From Pseudomonadota bacterium (GTDB taxonomy: Bacteria; Pseudomonadota; Alphaproteobacteria; TMED109), in contig JAYYAX010000028.1 in NCBI GenBank assembly GCA_036042925.1, positions 1,056 to 65,055 on the forward strand: a stretch of 64,000 nucleotides of DNA, in the 5' to 3' direction. The translations under genes were made by a program, and so were the position numbers. Below, piece after piece: positions 31,495 through 41,535 of this stretch; the first letter of the stretch is position 1, and each line of letters opens with the position of its first letter. The notes below the pieces were generated by a model that made no database searches, had not been told where the DNA came from, and saw only the letters and a program-made list of their open reading frames with translations.

Positions 31495-32273
31495 ACTTTA
31501 CTTTCTTTAAAATTGGTATCTCCTACATTCAACTTTATTATCATTCTGTCCTTAACTCTTAAATCAATTATCTTTAATTTATCTGATAAAAAACCAAATT
31601 TTTTGTCTAGAAAATCTAGTTTTTTAAATGCTTCAGCTGGATTTTTTTCTGGTAAATCTATTGTAATGTTATTAGATATAATTAACGCCCATCTTCTTTT
31701 TGAAATCAACTTTGCACTAGTAACTTTTTCTGACAGGTAAGGTGATTGTTGTAGAATAACTTTTAAATCATCGAGTCTTTCAATAACATTTTTACCTTCC
31801 AATATTATTAAATTATCGTATTTTTTAATACTTTTTTTTACCTTAATTATTTTTTTTCCTTCATAATTTAATAAAAACTTTGTAGTCCCATCGTATAGGA
31901 TGAATTCTGGTTTTTCCTCTAGGATCTCTATATTTAACTTAGAAGGTAAGATTAATGTAACATTTGCATTTTTTACTAAATTTAATTCTTCTAAATCAGT
32001 TTTAGTTTTTTTTAAATCTATACAAAATAAACTAATGCAATTTCTAAATTTAATATGCTTAATAATTTCTTCTCTTTGTATTGACTCATTACCTTTTACT
32101 TTTACCTCAGATAAAGAAAAACCAAGATTTGAAAGAAGATAGTCTACATAATTTATTATTATTTTATTGTGAAACGTAAATAAAAAAATTAAAAATAATA
32201 TCAATATCATTAAAAAATTAATCTTTTTAATCTTAAATTTTTTTAGCTTTTCAATTTTTATTAACTTTTGCAT
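31491..32273 (-). CDS. ftsQ: Cell division protein FtsQ
   Basis: TM plus POTRA domain (V.V.GN...LP..L.I.I.E), RRW, IDLR; position between ddl and ftsA. Confidence 0.92.
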   Translation of the reverse strand: MQKLIKIEKLKKFKIKKINFLMILILFLIFLFTFHNKIIINYVDYLLSNLGFSLSEVKVKGNESIQREEIIKHIKFRNCISLFCIDLKKTKTDLEELNLVKNANVTLILPSKLNIEILEEKPEFILYDGTTKFLLNYEGKKIIKVKKSIKKYDNLIILEGKNVIERLDDLKVILQQSPYLSEKVTSAKLISKRRWALIISNNITIDLPEKNPAEAFKKLDFLDKKFGFLSDKLKIIDLRVKDRMIIKLNVGDTNFKESKV

Positions 32274-33171
32274 TTTTAACTATCCTATCTATCAAGCTTT
32301 CGAAATTTATTCCTGACTGTTTAGCTATTTTTGGCACTAATGATGTTCTCGTTAGACCTGGCTGAGTATTAATTTCTAAAGCATAAATTCCATTTTCTCC
32401 TTTTTTTTCATTAACCCTAAAATCTACTCTTGTAATGCTAGTCGCTTTAATTTGCTTGTTTGCTATTTTCGCTAATTTAATTATTTTACTAATAATTTTT
32501 TGTTCTGTTTTTTTTGGATATCTATATTTTGTTTTTTTATTTTTATATTTTGCAGAATAATTATAAAAACTTTCATTTGGTAAGATCTCTAATATTCCTA
32601 AACATTTTCCATTCATAAGTGCTACCGTATAGTCACTTCCACAAATATATTCTTCAGCAAGAATTTTATTTTCTTTAATATCCTTTAAGATTTTTGTTAT
32701 TTGTTTATTTTTACTTATTATATGAACACCTAAACTAGAACCTTCACATATAGGTTTTATGATATAAGGTCTCTTTAATGGATCTTTTTTTAATAGGCTT
32801 TTTTTAGAAACAACAAAACCGTTAGGAACTTTAATTCCCCCATTTTTAAAGATTTTTTTTGATAATTCTTTATCCATTCCTATAGCAGAAGCAGTTACAC
32901 CGGAATGTGTATATGGAACTTTCAAGTATTCTAGGACTCCTTGAATCTTTCCATCCTCACCCCATTTACCATGCAAAGCATTAAAGAATATATCTACATT
33001 ACCTTTATTTTTAATTGCCCAATTTAAAAAATAGTGGTCAACATTTATATCCAAAGTATTGTATCCAATAGATTTTAATGCCTTAATTACGAAATTGGCA
33101 CTACTATTTGATACTTCATTTTCTAAAGATAATCCTCCTCTAAGTACTGCTATAGTTTTATTTTTTTTCAT
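32251..33171 (-). CDS. ddl: D-alanine--D-alanine ligase
   Basis: GGLSLENEVS, ALHGKWGEDG, EGSSLG, FYNYSAKY, LEINTQPG. Confidence 0.97.
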   Translation of the reverse strand: MKKNKTIAVLRGGLSLENEVSNSSANFVIKALKSIGYNTLDINVDHYFLNWAIKNKGNVDIFFNALHGKWGEDGKIQGVLEYLKVPYTHSGVTASAIGMDKELSKKIFKNGGIKVPNGFVVSKKSLLKKDPLKRPYIIKPICEGSSLGVHIISKNKQITKILKDIKENKILAEEYICGSDYTVALMNGKCLGILEILPNESFYNYSAKYKNKKTKYRYPKKTEQKIISKIIKLAKIANKQIKATSITRVDFRVNEKKGENGIYALEINTQPGLTRTSLVPKIAKQSGINFESLIDRIVKNAKVNKN

Positions 33172-34105
33172 TAAAATACTTTCTATATTTTTTTTTACTT
33201 CCTATAATTTTAATTTCCCAATTAAGTTTCACTCCAAACCTTCTTTTTACTTTATCTCTGATAACATTTCCTAATTCCTCAACATCACTTGCTTTTGCTA
33301 TTCCATTATTAATGATAAAATTAGAGTGCAAGGAAGATACTTTAGCTCCCCCAATTTCAAGCTCAGAACAGCCGCTATTTCTGATTAACTCCCAAGCTTT
33401 TAGTTTGGGTGGGTTTTTAAATGTTGATCCGCTTGTTTTAAGTTTTATGGGTTGGGTTTTTTTTCTCTCATTATTAAGTTTTATTAATTTTTTTTTAATA
33501 TCTAAAAGATTTCCTTTTTTACAACTAAATATGGCCTGGACAATGATTTCGTTTTTTTTTAATGATGTACTTCTGTATGACATTTTTATTTCGCTTCTTT
33601 GGTATTTTTTTATTTTTCCTTGTCTATTGATTGTTACAACTTCGTCCAAACAATCAGATGTTTGATTTCCATAAGAGCCTGCATTCATTTTTATTGCACC
33701 TCCAATAGTTCCTGGTATACCAGAGAAGAATTCAAAGCCTGTGAGACTTTTTTTCGCACTTTCTCTGGCTAATTTAATACAGCTTAATCCAGCACCTAAT
33801 AATACTTTATAATTCTTCATATAACGTATTTCAGAAAAACTTTTTGCCAATTTTATAGTAACCCCTCCTATTCCTCCATCCCTCACCAAAGTATTTGATC
33901 CTGCTCCCAATATTTTTATTGGAATTTCTTTTTTTAAATTTTTCAAAAAATTTATGAGATCATCAATATTTTTTGGGAGAAAATAAATTTCTGCCTCACC
34001 ACCTACTTTGAACCAGGTTAAATTGGATAAACTAAAGTTTCTCTTTAATAATCCTTCAACTCTTGGAACTTTATTAAATAAGGATTTATTTTGAAATTTA
34101 TTCAT
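33158..34105 (-). CDS. murB: UDP-N-acetylmuramate dehydrogenase
   Basis: TWFKVGG, GAGSN, GIPGTIGG..MNAG, GSTFKNP, HSNF. Confidence 0.97.
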   Translation of the reverse strand: MNKFQNKSLFNKVPRVEGLLKRNFSLSNLTWFKVGGEAEIYFLPKNIDDLINFLKNLKKEIPIKILGAGSNTLVRDGGIGGVTIKLAKSFSEIRYMKNYKVLLGAGLSCIKLARESAKKSLTGFEFFSGIPGTIGGAIKMNAGSYGNQTSDCLDEVVTINRQGKIKKYQRSEIKMSYRSTSLKKNEIIVQAIFSCKKGNLLDIKKKLIKLNNERKKTQPIKLKTSGSTFKNPPKLKAWELIRNSGCSELEIGGAKVSSLHSNFIINNGIAKASDVEELGNVIRDKVKRRFGVKLNWEIKIIGSKKKYRKYFNEKK

Positions 34106-35513
34106 AATTTTTTCCTTTACTTAAAAAGTCAGAAAAGTTTTTAGCATATTGTGTAATGTCTCCAGCTCCTAGAAATATAATCAAATCTCCTTCATCTAAA
34201 TTTTTTTCTAAAAATTCCTTAAGATTTTCTAAGTTTATATATTTTCTGACATCTTTATGTCCAGATGACACTAAAGCAGAAATTAAATGTTCATCATTAA
34301 TATTTTTATCTTCATTCTCTCCTGCTGAATAAATATTAGTTATAAAGACAGTATCAGCATCATTAAATGCTGTTGTAAAATCAGGAAATAGCATTTTTAG
34401 TCTACTATACCTGTGTGGCTGGACAACAGCTGTTACCTTATTTTTTGAAACCTCTCTTGCTGCTGACAAAGTTGCCCTTATTTCGACAGGATGGTGTCCA
34501 TAATCATCAAAAATTTTTACTCCTCTATAACTAGATAAAAAAGAAAACCTTCTTTTTACACCCTCAAAACTATCTAATGCTTTTTTAAATACCATTGGCT
34601 TTATTCCCAGTTCTACAGCCATTGCACAGGCAGCTAAAACATTTTGTACATTATGAATGCCTGGTATGTTTGATGTTATTCCATTTATGCTTTTAGTAGG
34701 CGAATACACCTTAGGACTAATTTCTAGAGTAAAAAAACTTCGTCCGTCTCTATTTACTATGTTCTGTGCTCTGTAGTCAGCTTGAGGACTTATGCCGTAT
34801 GTTATTATTCTTTTGTCTTCTATTTCAGAAATTATACTTTGCACAGTGGGATTGTCTAAGCAGACTATAGCCATTCCATAAAAGGGAATATTATTTATAA
34901 ATTGTTTAAATGCCTCTTTCAAATTTCTAAAGCTACCATAATAATCTAAATGCTCTGAGTCTATGTTTGTTATAATTACATTAGTCGATGGTAATTTTAT
35001 AAAACTTCCGTCGGACTCGTCTGCCTCCACTACCATCCAATCGCTAGACCCTATTTTTGCATTACTTTTATATGAATTTATAATTCCACCATTTATTACA
35101 GTAGGATCTAAATTAGCTGCTTCTAAAATTGTAGCCATTAGTGATGTGGTGGTAGTTTTACCGTGTGTTCCTGCCACTGAAATACTCTTTTTAAACCTCA
35201 TCAGTTCGGCTAACATTTCTGCTCTTTTTACTATGGGCAACCTTAGTTTTCTTGCTTCAATTACCTCTTCATTATTGGGATCTATAGCAGATGAAACTAC
35301 TACCATAGATGCCTCCTCTATATTACTTTTTTTATGCCCTTTAAAAATATTTATTCCGAGACTTTTCAGTCTTAAAACATTTTGATTTTCAACTATATCA
35401 CTACCAGAAACTTTATAACCTAAATTTACAAGCACCTCTGCTATTCCACTCATACCAATTCCACCAATTCCTATGAAGTGTAGAAGACCAAATTTTTTAT
35501 CAAAACTATTCAT
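34098..35513 (-). CDS. murC: UDP-N-acetylmuramate--L-alanine ligase
   Basis: GIGGIGMSG, GTHGKTTT, EADESD, DDYGHHP, QPHRYSR. Confidence 0.98.
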   Translation of the reverse strand: MNSFDKKFGLLHFIGIGGIGMSGIAEVLVNLGYKVSGSDIVENQNVLRLKSLGINIFKGHKKSNIEEASMVVVSSAIDPNNEEVIEARKLRLPIVKRAEMLAELMRFKKSISVAGTHGKTTTTSLMATILEAANLDPTVINGGIINSYKSNAKIGSSDWMVVEADESDGSFIKLPSTNVIITNIDSEHLDYYGSFRNLKEAFKQFINNIPFYGMAIVCLDNPTVQSIISEIEDKRIITYGISPQADYRAQNIVNRDGRSFFTLEISPKVYSPTKSINGITSNIPGIHNVQNVLAACAMAVELGIKPMVFKKALDSFEGVKRRFSFLSSYRGVKIFDDYGHHPVEIRATLSAAREVSKNKVTAVVQPHRYSRLKMLFPDFTTAFNDADTVFITNIYSAGENEDKNINDEHLISALVSSGHKDVRKYINLENLKEFLEKNLDEGDLIIFLGAGDITQYAKNFSDFLSKGKNYE

Positions 35514-36597
35514 TTAATACTCCAGAAACTAGCTTATATAACTTTTTGGATGCATTAGGGGTCGATAATCTTTTACAATTATAAGAAATTCTTTCAAGAA
35601 CTTCCTTTGAATTTAAAAGTGACAATAAAAGACTAGAAAATTTTTTCTTCAAAATTTCACTTTCTAAAATAATTTTACCAGCATTTTGATTTGCAACCAT
35701 CTTCGCGTTTTGAAATTGATGATTATCTATAGAATTAGACAAAGGTATATATATTGCTGGAAGTCCAACAATTAAATTTTCTGCTATTGTAGAAGCACCG
35801 GCTCTACAAATAACCAAAGTAGTATTTTTGAATTTTTTTTGAATGTCCTCAAAGTATTCTCTAACTTCTGATGAAATATTATTTTTTTTATATTCATTGC
35901 TAATATATTTAATATCCTCTGCTTTAGATTGATGTATAATATGTAGTCTTTTTTTAATGCTTTTGGGCAAAATACATATTTGATAACTTAATTTTCTGGA
36001 TAAAATTAGTGATCCTAAACTTCCTCCAAGAATAAGTAAGTTAATTTTTTCATTTTTTTTTGGAAATTTATAAGAATTTTTAAACAAGAGATTTATTTCA
36101 TTTCTGACAGGTAATCCCACAACCTCAAAATGTTTTTTTGACTTTAAATTTTTGTATGCACAGGCTCTTACCCTAGCAAAACTCCACAGATATTTATTTG
36201 CATTACCTAATACTAGGTTAGCCTCATGAAGGATAATTTTTATATTTAAAACCTTTGCAGCTAATATAACAGGCACTTGAACATAAGAGCCAAATCCCAT
36301 TACTATATCACTTTTTATTTTAAGTAAGAAAATTAAAGACTTAAAAAAAGATATAATAATCAAAAAAATAGAAAAAGCTTTTTGCAAGAAGGTTTTTCCT
36401 GCAAATCCTTTGACATTAATTAAAAATGGTTTTAAATCTGCCAAATTCTTATTTGTTAAGCCACGTTTGTCAGTTATAAAGTTTACTATAAAATATTTTT
36501 TTACTAAATACTCTCCTAAAGTAATAGCAGGATAAATATGTCCTCCTGTGCCACCTGTAACTATAACAACGTTTTTATTAGTATTATTTAAATTCAT
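35506..36597 (-). CDS. murG: Undecaprenyl-PP-MurNAc-pentapeptide GlcNAc transferase
   Basis: GGTGGH, HEAN, GLPVR, GGSLG, RAGAST, HQ..NA; ATG 36597 just after the ftsW stop preferred over 36612. Confidence 0.96.
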   Translation of the reverse strand: MNLNNTNKNVVIVTGGTGGHIYPAITLGEYLVKKYFIVNFITDKRGLTNKNLADLKPFLINVKGFAGKTFLQKAFSIFLIIISFFKSLIFLLKIKSDIVMGFGSYVQVPVILAAKVLNIKIILHEANLVLGNANKYLWSFARVRACAYKNLKSKKHFEVVGLPVRNEINLLFKNSYKFPKKNEKINLLILGGSLGSLILSRKLSYQICILPKSIKKRLHIIHQSKAEDIKYISNEYKKNNISSEVREYFEDIQKKFKNTTLVICRAGASTIAENLIVGLPAIYIPLSNSIDNHQFQNAKMVANQNAGKIILESEILKKKFSSLLLSLLNSKEVLERISYNCKRLSTPNASKKLYKLVSGVLNE

Positions 36598-36598
36598 T

Positions 36599-37720
36599 TT
36601 AGTTGATGCCAAATTTTTTTCTAGTTAGCGCTAACACTATACCCATTATTATACCTGTTGATACTAAAGATGATCCACCATAAGAAATCAGAGGAAGCGT
36701 TACTCCAGTAGTAGGTATTATTTTTAATGAAACGCTAATATTAACTAGGGATTGTATTAAAAAAAGTATTAAAAGCCCTGAGCTTGCCAGTAACGGAAAT
36801 AAATTGTCAATCCTACTGGTTCGGTAAAGACCTCTGAAAAATATTATAAAAATTATTGAAATAATTAATATACATGAAAAAGCTCCATACTCTTCAGCAA
36901 TAACAGGAAATATAAAATCTGTGTGGGCATCTGGAATGATTTTCTTAATCTTTCCTTCACCTGGTCCTACACCCAGGAGTCCTCCATTCTTAAAGGCTTC
37001 TATTGACTTCTCTACTTGATAGTTTGGTTTATCTGAGAAAACGTAATTTACTATTCTTTCCTTTATGTGTGTATATGAAAAAAATGAAAAAGTTGAAAAA
37101 ATTAGACCAGTTAATATAGTGAGTGTAATAAATTTAAGGTTAATACCAGATATAAAAAACTGACAAAGTACAACAAAAAATAAAATTGCTACCATACTAT
37201 AATTTGGCTGTTTTATTAAAATTATACTGGTTAGTATTAATGTTATAAAGGCAGCTATTTTTCCATCTAAGGAATATGAATATATCGAGATTTTAGTTTT
37301 TCTTGCTAAAAGGTAAGCTAAAATTACTATAAAAAACGGTTTAAAAAACTCTGATGGTTGTATTGAAAACCCCATTACATGGATCCATCTAGAAGCTCCA
37401 TTATTTACAACATTCTGTAATAAAGAGAATAGCATTAATAAAAAGCAAATAAAACCGGAAATAAGAGATGCAAGCAATATCATTTTTTTTGAACATAGTG
37501 AAAAAAATAGTAGCATAGTAAAACTTCCAATTAAAAATAGCGCATGCTTTTTAACAAAATAGAACTCTTCTAAACTTTTCAACTTTGCTATGCTAGGGCT
37601 CGCCGTGGTAACAAATAAAAGTCCAAAAAAACCCAGCAATATTATTAAAAATAAATTGATAACATCAATTGAGTTCAACCAATTATAAAATATTTTTTTA
37701 ATTGATAAAAAAATACTCAT
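36599..37720 (-). CDS. ftsW: SEDS peptidoglycan polymerase FtsW
   Basis: GASRW, QPSEFFK, PDAHTDF, EEYG, LPLISYGGSS. Confidence 0.96.
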   Translation of the reverse strand: MSIFLSIKKIFYNWLNSIDVINLFLIILLGFFGLLFVTTASPSIAKLKSLEEFYFVKKHALFLIGSFTMLLFFSLCSKKMILLASLISGFICFLLMLFSLLQNVVNNGASRWIHVMGFSIQPSEFFKPFFIVILAYLLARKTKISIYSYSLDGKIAAFITLILTSIILIKQPNYSMVAILFFVVLCQFFISGINLKFITLTILTGLIFSTFSFFSYTHIKERIVNYVFSDKPNYQVEKSIEAFKNGGLLGVGPGEGKIKKIIPDAHTDFIFPVIAEEYGAFSCILIISIIFIIFFRGLYRTSRIDNLFPLLASSGLLILFLIQSLVNISVSLKIIPTTGVTLPLISYGGSSLVSTGIIMGIVLALTRKKFGIN

Positions 37721-39054
37721 TGCAGACCACTATTTAAAATTTTATTAAAAATATTTTTAAAATGTTTTCCTCTATTTTGGTAATTTTCGTATTTATCAAA
37801 AGAAGCACAGGCCGGAGACAATAGGATTGGATAGTTCTTTTTTGAATTTAAACTTTTTTCATATGATTTTTTTACTGCTTCTTCAAGATCACGGCATATA
37901 AAAATTTTACAATAATTTTCTAATACTTTTTTAATTTCTAAAGCAGTTTCGCCAATCAAATACGCTTCATAAACCCTTTCAGAATAGTTTACTAGTTCAT
38001 CAAAATTAGTTCCTTTTTTCGAACCTCCTGCAATCAAAAAAACTTTTTTAAAGCTTTCTAACGCAGCACATGTTGCAGATACATTTGTTGCTTTAGAGTC
38101 ATTATAAAAGTTTATATTGTTTAAAACTCCAATATGTTCCATTCTGTGAGGAAGTCCCCTGAATTTTATTAAAGAATTAATTATTAGACTACTTTTTAAA
38201 CCTATTACTTTTAAGGCCGTATAGGAAATAGCAAAGTTTAGTCTATTATGGTTATTATTTAAAAAAAGGTTTTGCCTTATTTTATATTCTTTTTTACTAT
38301 AAAAATTATCTACCAGAGTATCATCAATAAAAAAAACTCCTTTGTTTATTTTTTCCTTTGAAGATACCCATATAATTTTTGCTTTATTTGTTTCATCAAA
38401 ATACTTTCTAAGATATGCATCATCATAATTTAATATTAAATAATCGTCTTGGTCTTGATATTTATTAATTTTGGTTTTTGATAAAAAGTAATTTCTAAAA
38501 TTACCGTGATAGCTTATATGATCCTCTTTTATATTACTTATTATTGAAACTTTTGGTTTTATAAATGACAAATACTCGAGCTGAAAAGAAGATAATTCTA
38601 AAACTATGTTATCATTTTTTCTAGGTAAATTTTCTAGAACTAAATGTCCATAATTAGCTAATGGCTTTAAATTTAATGCTTCCGCTATCATTAAAGCAAT
38701 TGTAGATTTCCCATTAGTTCCCGTAATAGCCAATAACTTATTTTTAAACTTTAATTTTTTGATGTATTCTAAAAAAAGTTCTATATCACTAGATATATTA
38801 ATTTTATTTTCTAATGCTTTTTTAACTATCTTGTGATTTTTACTAATTCCTGGTGATACATATATACATTCAAATAGTCTCAGTTTTTCATTGGAGTATA
38901 TTGAAAATGATTTTTCTATATTCTCTAATTTACATTTGTTATCATCCCAACAATAAATATCAATTTTTTTATTTTTTAAAAAATTACATATTGATAGCCC
39001 TGTACTTCCCATTCCTAAAATTAGAACCTTTTTATTATTTAAGTTTTTTTTCAT
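37717..39054 (-). CDS. murD: UDP-MurNAc-L-Ala--D-glutamate ligase
   Basis: GMGSTG, ITGTNGKST, ELSSFQL, LPHRME, NDSKATN, LSPACASFD; ATG 39054 just after the mraY stop preferred. Confidence 0.96.
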   Translation of the reverse strand: MKKNLNNKKVLILGMGSTGLSICNFLKNKKIDIYCWDDNKCKLENIEKSFSIYSNEKLRLFECIYVSPGISKNHKIVKKALENKINISSDIELFLEYIKKLKFKNKLLAITGTNGKSTIALMIAEALNLKPLANYGHLVLENLPRKNDNIVLELSSFQLEYLSFIKPKVSIISNIKEDHISYHGNFRNYFLSKTKINKYQDQDDYLILNYDDAYLRKYFDETNKAKIIWVSSKEKINKGVFFIDDTLVDNFYSKKEYKIRQNLFLNNNHNRLNFAISYTALKVIGLKSSLIINSLIKFRGLPHRMEHIGVLNNINFYNDSKATNVSATCAALESFKKVFLIAGGSKKGTNFDELVNYSERVYEAYLIGETALEIKKVLENYCKIFICRDLEEAVKKSYEKSLNSKKNYPILLSPACASFDKYENYQNRGKHFKNIFNKILNSGLQ

Positions 39055-39056
39055 CG

Positions 39057-40151
39057 CTATCTTACTTTTAAGGTTAAAAGACTTGTCATCGCTAATATGA
39101 TAGAAATTATCCAAAACCTGATTACTATAGTTGACTCAGACCATCCCTTTTGTTCAAAGTGATGATGAATAGGAGCCATTTTAAATACTCTTTTACCTGT
39201 AAGCTTAAAAGAAACTACCTGTACAATTACTGATATTGCTTCTAATACAAATAATCCGCCAGCAATTGCAAGTACTAGCTCATTCCTTGTCATAACACTA
39301 ATAGCCCCAATAGCACCGCCTGCAGCTAAAGATCCAGTATCTCCCATAAATATCTTTGCCGGTGGCGCATTAAACCAAAGAAACCCTAACCCAGCTCCCA
39401 CAAGAGAAGAACAAAATATGCTGACTTCTCCCATACCACTTATATAATCAAGATTTAAATATTCTGAAAAAATAGAATTTCCAACTAAATAGCTTATTAT
39501 TGCTAAAGTAGCTGTAACTATTACAATAGGAACAATTGCTAATCCATCCAATCCATCAGTTAAATTTACAGCATTTGATGCTCCAACTATTACAAGCATA
39601 GAAAATATAAACCAAAAATATCCAATACTTATAATTAAATTTTTAAATACTGGGAACGTTAAATACGAATAGTCTTCATTAGAATAATAAAAAAGTAGTA
39701 ATGAAAATAAAAATGAAAAAACTATTTGTAAAAATATTTTTACTTTTCCAGGTAAACCTTTATGAGAGTTTTTACTTAGTTTAAGATAATCATCAATAAA
39801 CCCTATTAATCCAAAACTAATAGTTATAAATAATAAAAGCCAAATAAAGATATTAAATACGTCTGTCCATAATAAAGTTGATACTATAAGTGAAAAAAGA
39901 ATTAACGTTCCTCCCATTGTAGGAGTACCTTTTTTTGCTTCTATTTGCCATTTAGGACCGTCTAATCTTATAGGTTGTCCTTTTTTTTGCTTTCTTTTTA
40001 AAATATTTATTATAAATGGACCAGTTATAAAACAAATGATCATAGCTGTTGCAAAGGAAGCTCCCGCTCTAAAAGTAATATATTTAAAAATATTTAGAAA
40101 GTTATATTCGTTTGCAAAGCTTAAAGCTAAATTATAAATCATTTTTAGCAC
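39057..40151 (-). CDS. mraY: Phospho-N-acetylmuramoyl-pentapeptide transferase
   Basis: KKGTPTMGG, DDY, NAVNLTDGLDGL, FMGDTGS, MAPIHHHFE; start may be 40142. Confidence 0.98.
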   Translation of the reverse strand: MLKMIYNLALSFANEYNFLNIFKYITFRAGASFATAMIICFITGPFIINILKRKQKKGQPIRLDGPKWQIEAKKGTPTMGGTLILFSLIVSTLLWTDVFNIFIWLLLFITISFGLIGFIDDYLKLSKNSHKGLPGKVKIFLQIVFSFLFSLLLFYYSNEDYSYLTFPVFKNLIISIGYFWFIFSMLVIVGASNAVNLTDGLDGLAIVPIVIVTATLAIISYLVGNSIFSEYLNLDYISGMGEVSIFCSSLVGAGLGFLWFNAPPAKIFMGDTGSLAAGGAIGAISVMTRNELVLAIAGGLFVLEAISVIVQVVSFKLTGKRVFKMAPIHHHFEQKGWSESTIVIRFWIISIILAMTSLLTLKVR

Positions 40152-41535
40152 CTTCTATTTTTTTTACTAATGAGTGGAGACCTACAGAATTAGATCCTTT
40201 TACCAGCAACATGTCGTTTGATCTAAGAATTTTTTTTAAGATTTGCTCTAGTTTTAAAATATTATTAAAATGTTCTTTTTCCATACTTGGGGACAACGCC
40301 CGATAAAGAACTCTCATATATTTTCCTATTGTAAAAATTTTATCTATATTTGTATTTTCTATTACCCTCTTCATATCTAAATGGAAATTCTCACTTTTCT
40401 CTCCTAATTCATTCATGTCTCCTAGAATAGCTATTTTTTTTCCTTTACAATGAAGCTCATTAAATTTTTTTAATGAAGCTTCTAATGAAGCAGGACTCGA
40501 GTTATATGAGTCATCTATGATAAAAAACTTTTTAGACCACTTTTGAGCATGTATAACATTTCCTCTACCTGGAGGTAGTTCAAAGTTTTCTAATCCCTTT
40601 AATAAGCTATTAAAATTCAAATTATAATATTTGGCGATTCCTAAAATGCATAAACTGTTTATATACCAGTGTTCTGCTAGATCTGGCATCTTCCAAGAAA
40701 TTTCTTGGTTAAAATACTTAGCTTTTATCAAGTATTTATTTTTATATCTAATTTTACCTAGAAATTTAATATTGGCTTCACTAGTTTTACCATAAGAAAT
40801 TATAGTTTTTATATTTAGTTTCTGAGCTTTTTTTTCTAGTTGGTCACTAAAGTTTGTGTCTGCATTGTAAATAAAACATCCATCTTTTTGAATATTGTTT
40901 AAAAGTTCGCTTTTTGCGTCAGCAATATTCTCTAAGGTTTTTAGTCCCTTAAGGTGACTGTTTTCTATCGCAGTTATAATGCCAACTTTCGGAGAAACTA
41001 AGTTAGATAATTTTTTAATTTCTCCTATTCTGTTCATTCCTAATTCATATATACAATATTTTGAATCATTTGGAGTATTTGACATTGATAAAGGTACTCC
41101 TATATGATTGTTATAACTTCCTTTATTAGCAAAGGTTTTACCCACTCTTTCTAGAGCAGACTTAATCATTTCTTTAGTTCCAGTTTTACCTACACTACCT
41201 GTTATAGCAATAAACCTAGTATTAATACTTTTTCTAGTTTTCTCAGCAATTTTTTCTATAGACTCTAAAACATTTTCAACTGCAATATAAGGAATATTTG
41301 GTATATATTTATTTGTATCACTTAACATTAAACAAGAAGCTCCGTTATTATAAGCTTGGTTTAAATAATCATGACCGTCATGATTATTACCTTTTAAAGC
41401 ACAAAATATTTCACCTTTTTTAATACTTCTTGTATCTATAGAGAATCCATTTATTTTCACGTCTTGTTTATTTTTCTCTTTAGTAACAGCTTTTAATATC
41501 TTTCCTAATTTTTTAAAATTCAAATCTATTAACAT
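40132..41535 (-). CDS. murF: UDP-MurNAc-tripeptide--D-Ala-D-Ala ligase
   Basis: SIDTR, ITGSVGKT, NNHIGVP, IDDSYN, LGDMNELG, LVKGS. Confidence 0.96.
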   Translation of the reverse strand: MLIDLNFKKLGKILKAVTKEKNKQDVKINGFSIDTRSIKKGEIFCALKGNNHDGHDYLNQAYNNGASCLMLSDTNKYIPNIPYIAVENVLESIEKIAEKTRKSINTRFIAITGSVGKTGTKEMIKSALERVGKTFANKGSYNNHIGVPLSMSNTPNDSKYCIYELGMNRIGEIKKLSNLVSPKVGIITAIENSHLKGLKTLENIADAKSELLNNIQKDGCFIYNADTNFSDQLEKKAQKLNIKTIISYGKTSEANIKFLGKIRYKNKYLIKAKYFNQEISWKMPDLAEHWYINSLCILGIAKYYNLNFNSLLKGLENFELPPGRGNVIHAQKWSKKFFIIDDSYNSSPASLEASLKKFNELHCKGKKIAILGDMNELGEKSENFHLDMKRVIENTNIDKIFTIGKYMRVLYRALSPSMEKEHFNNILKLEQILKKILRSNDMLLVKGSNSVGLHSLVKKIEGAKNDL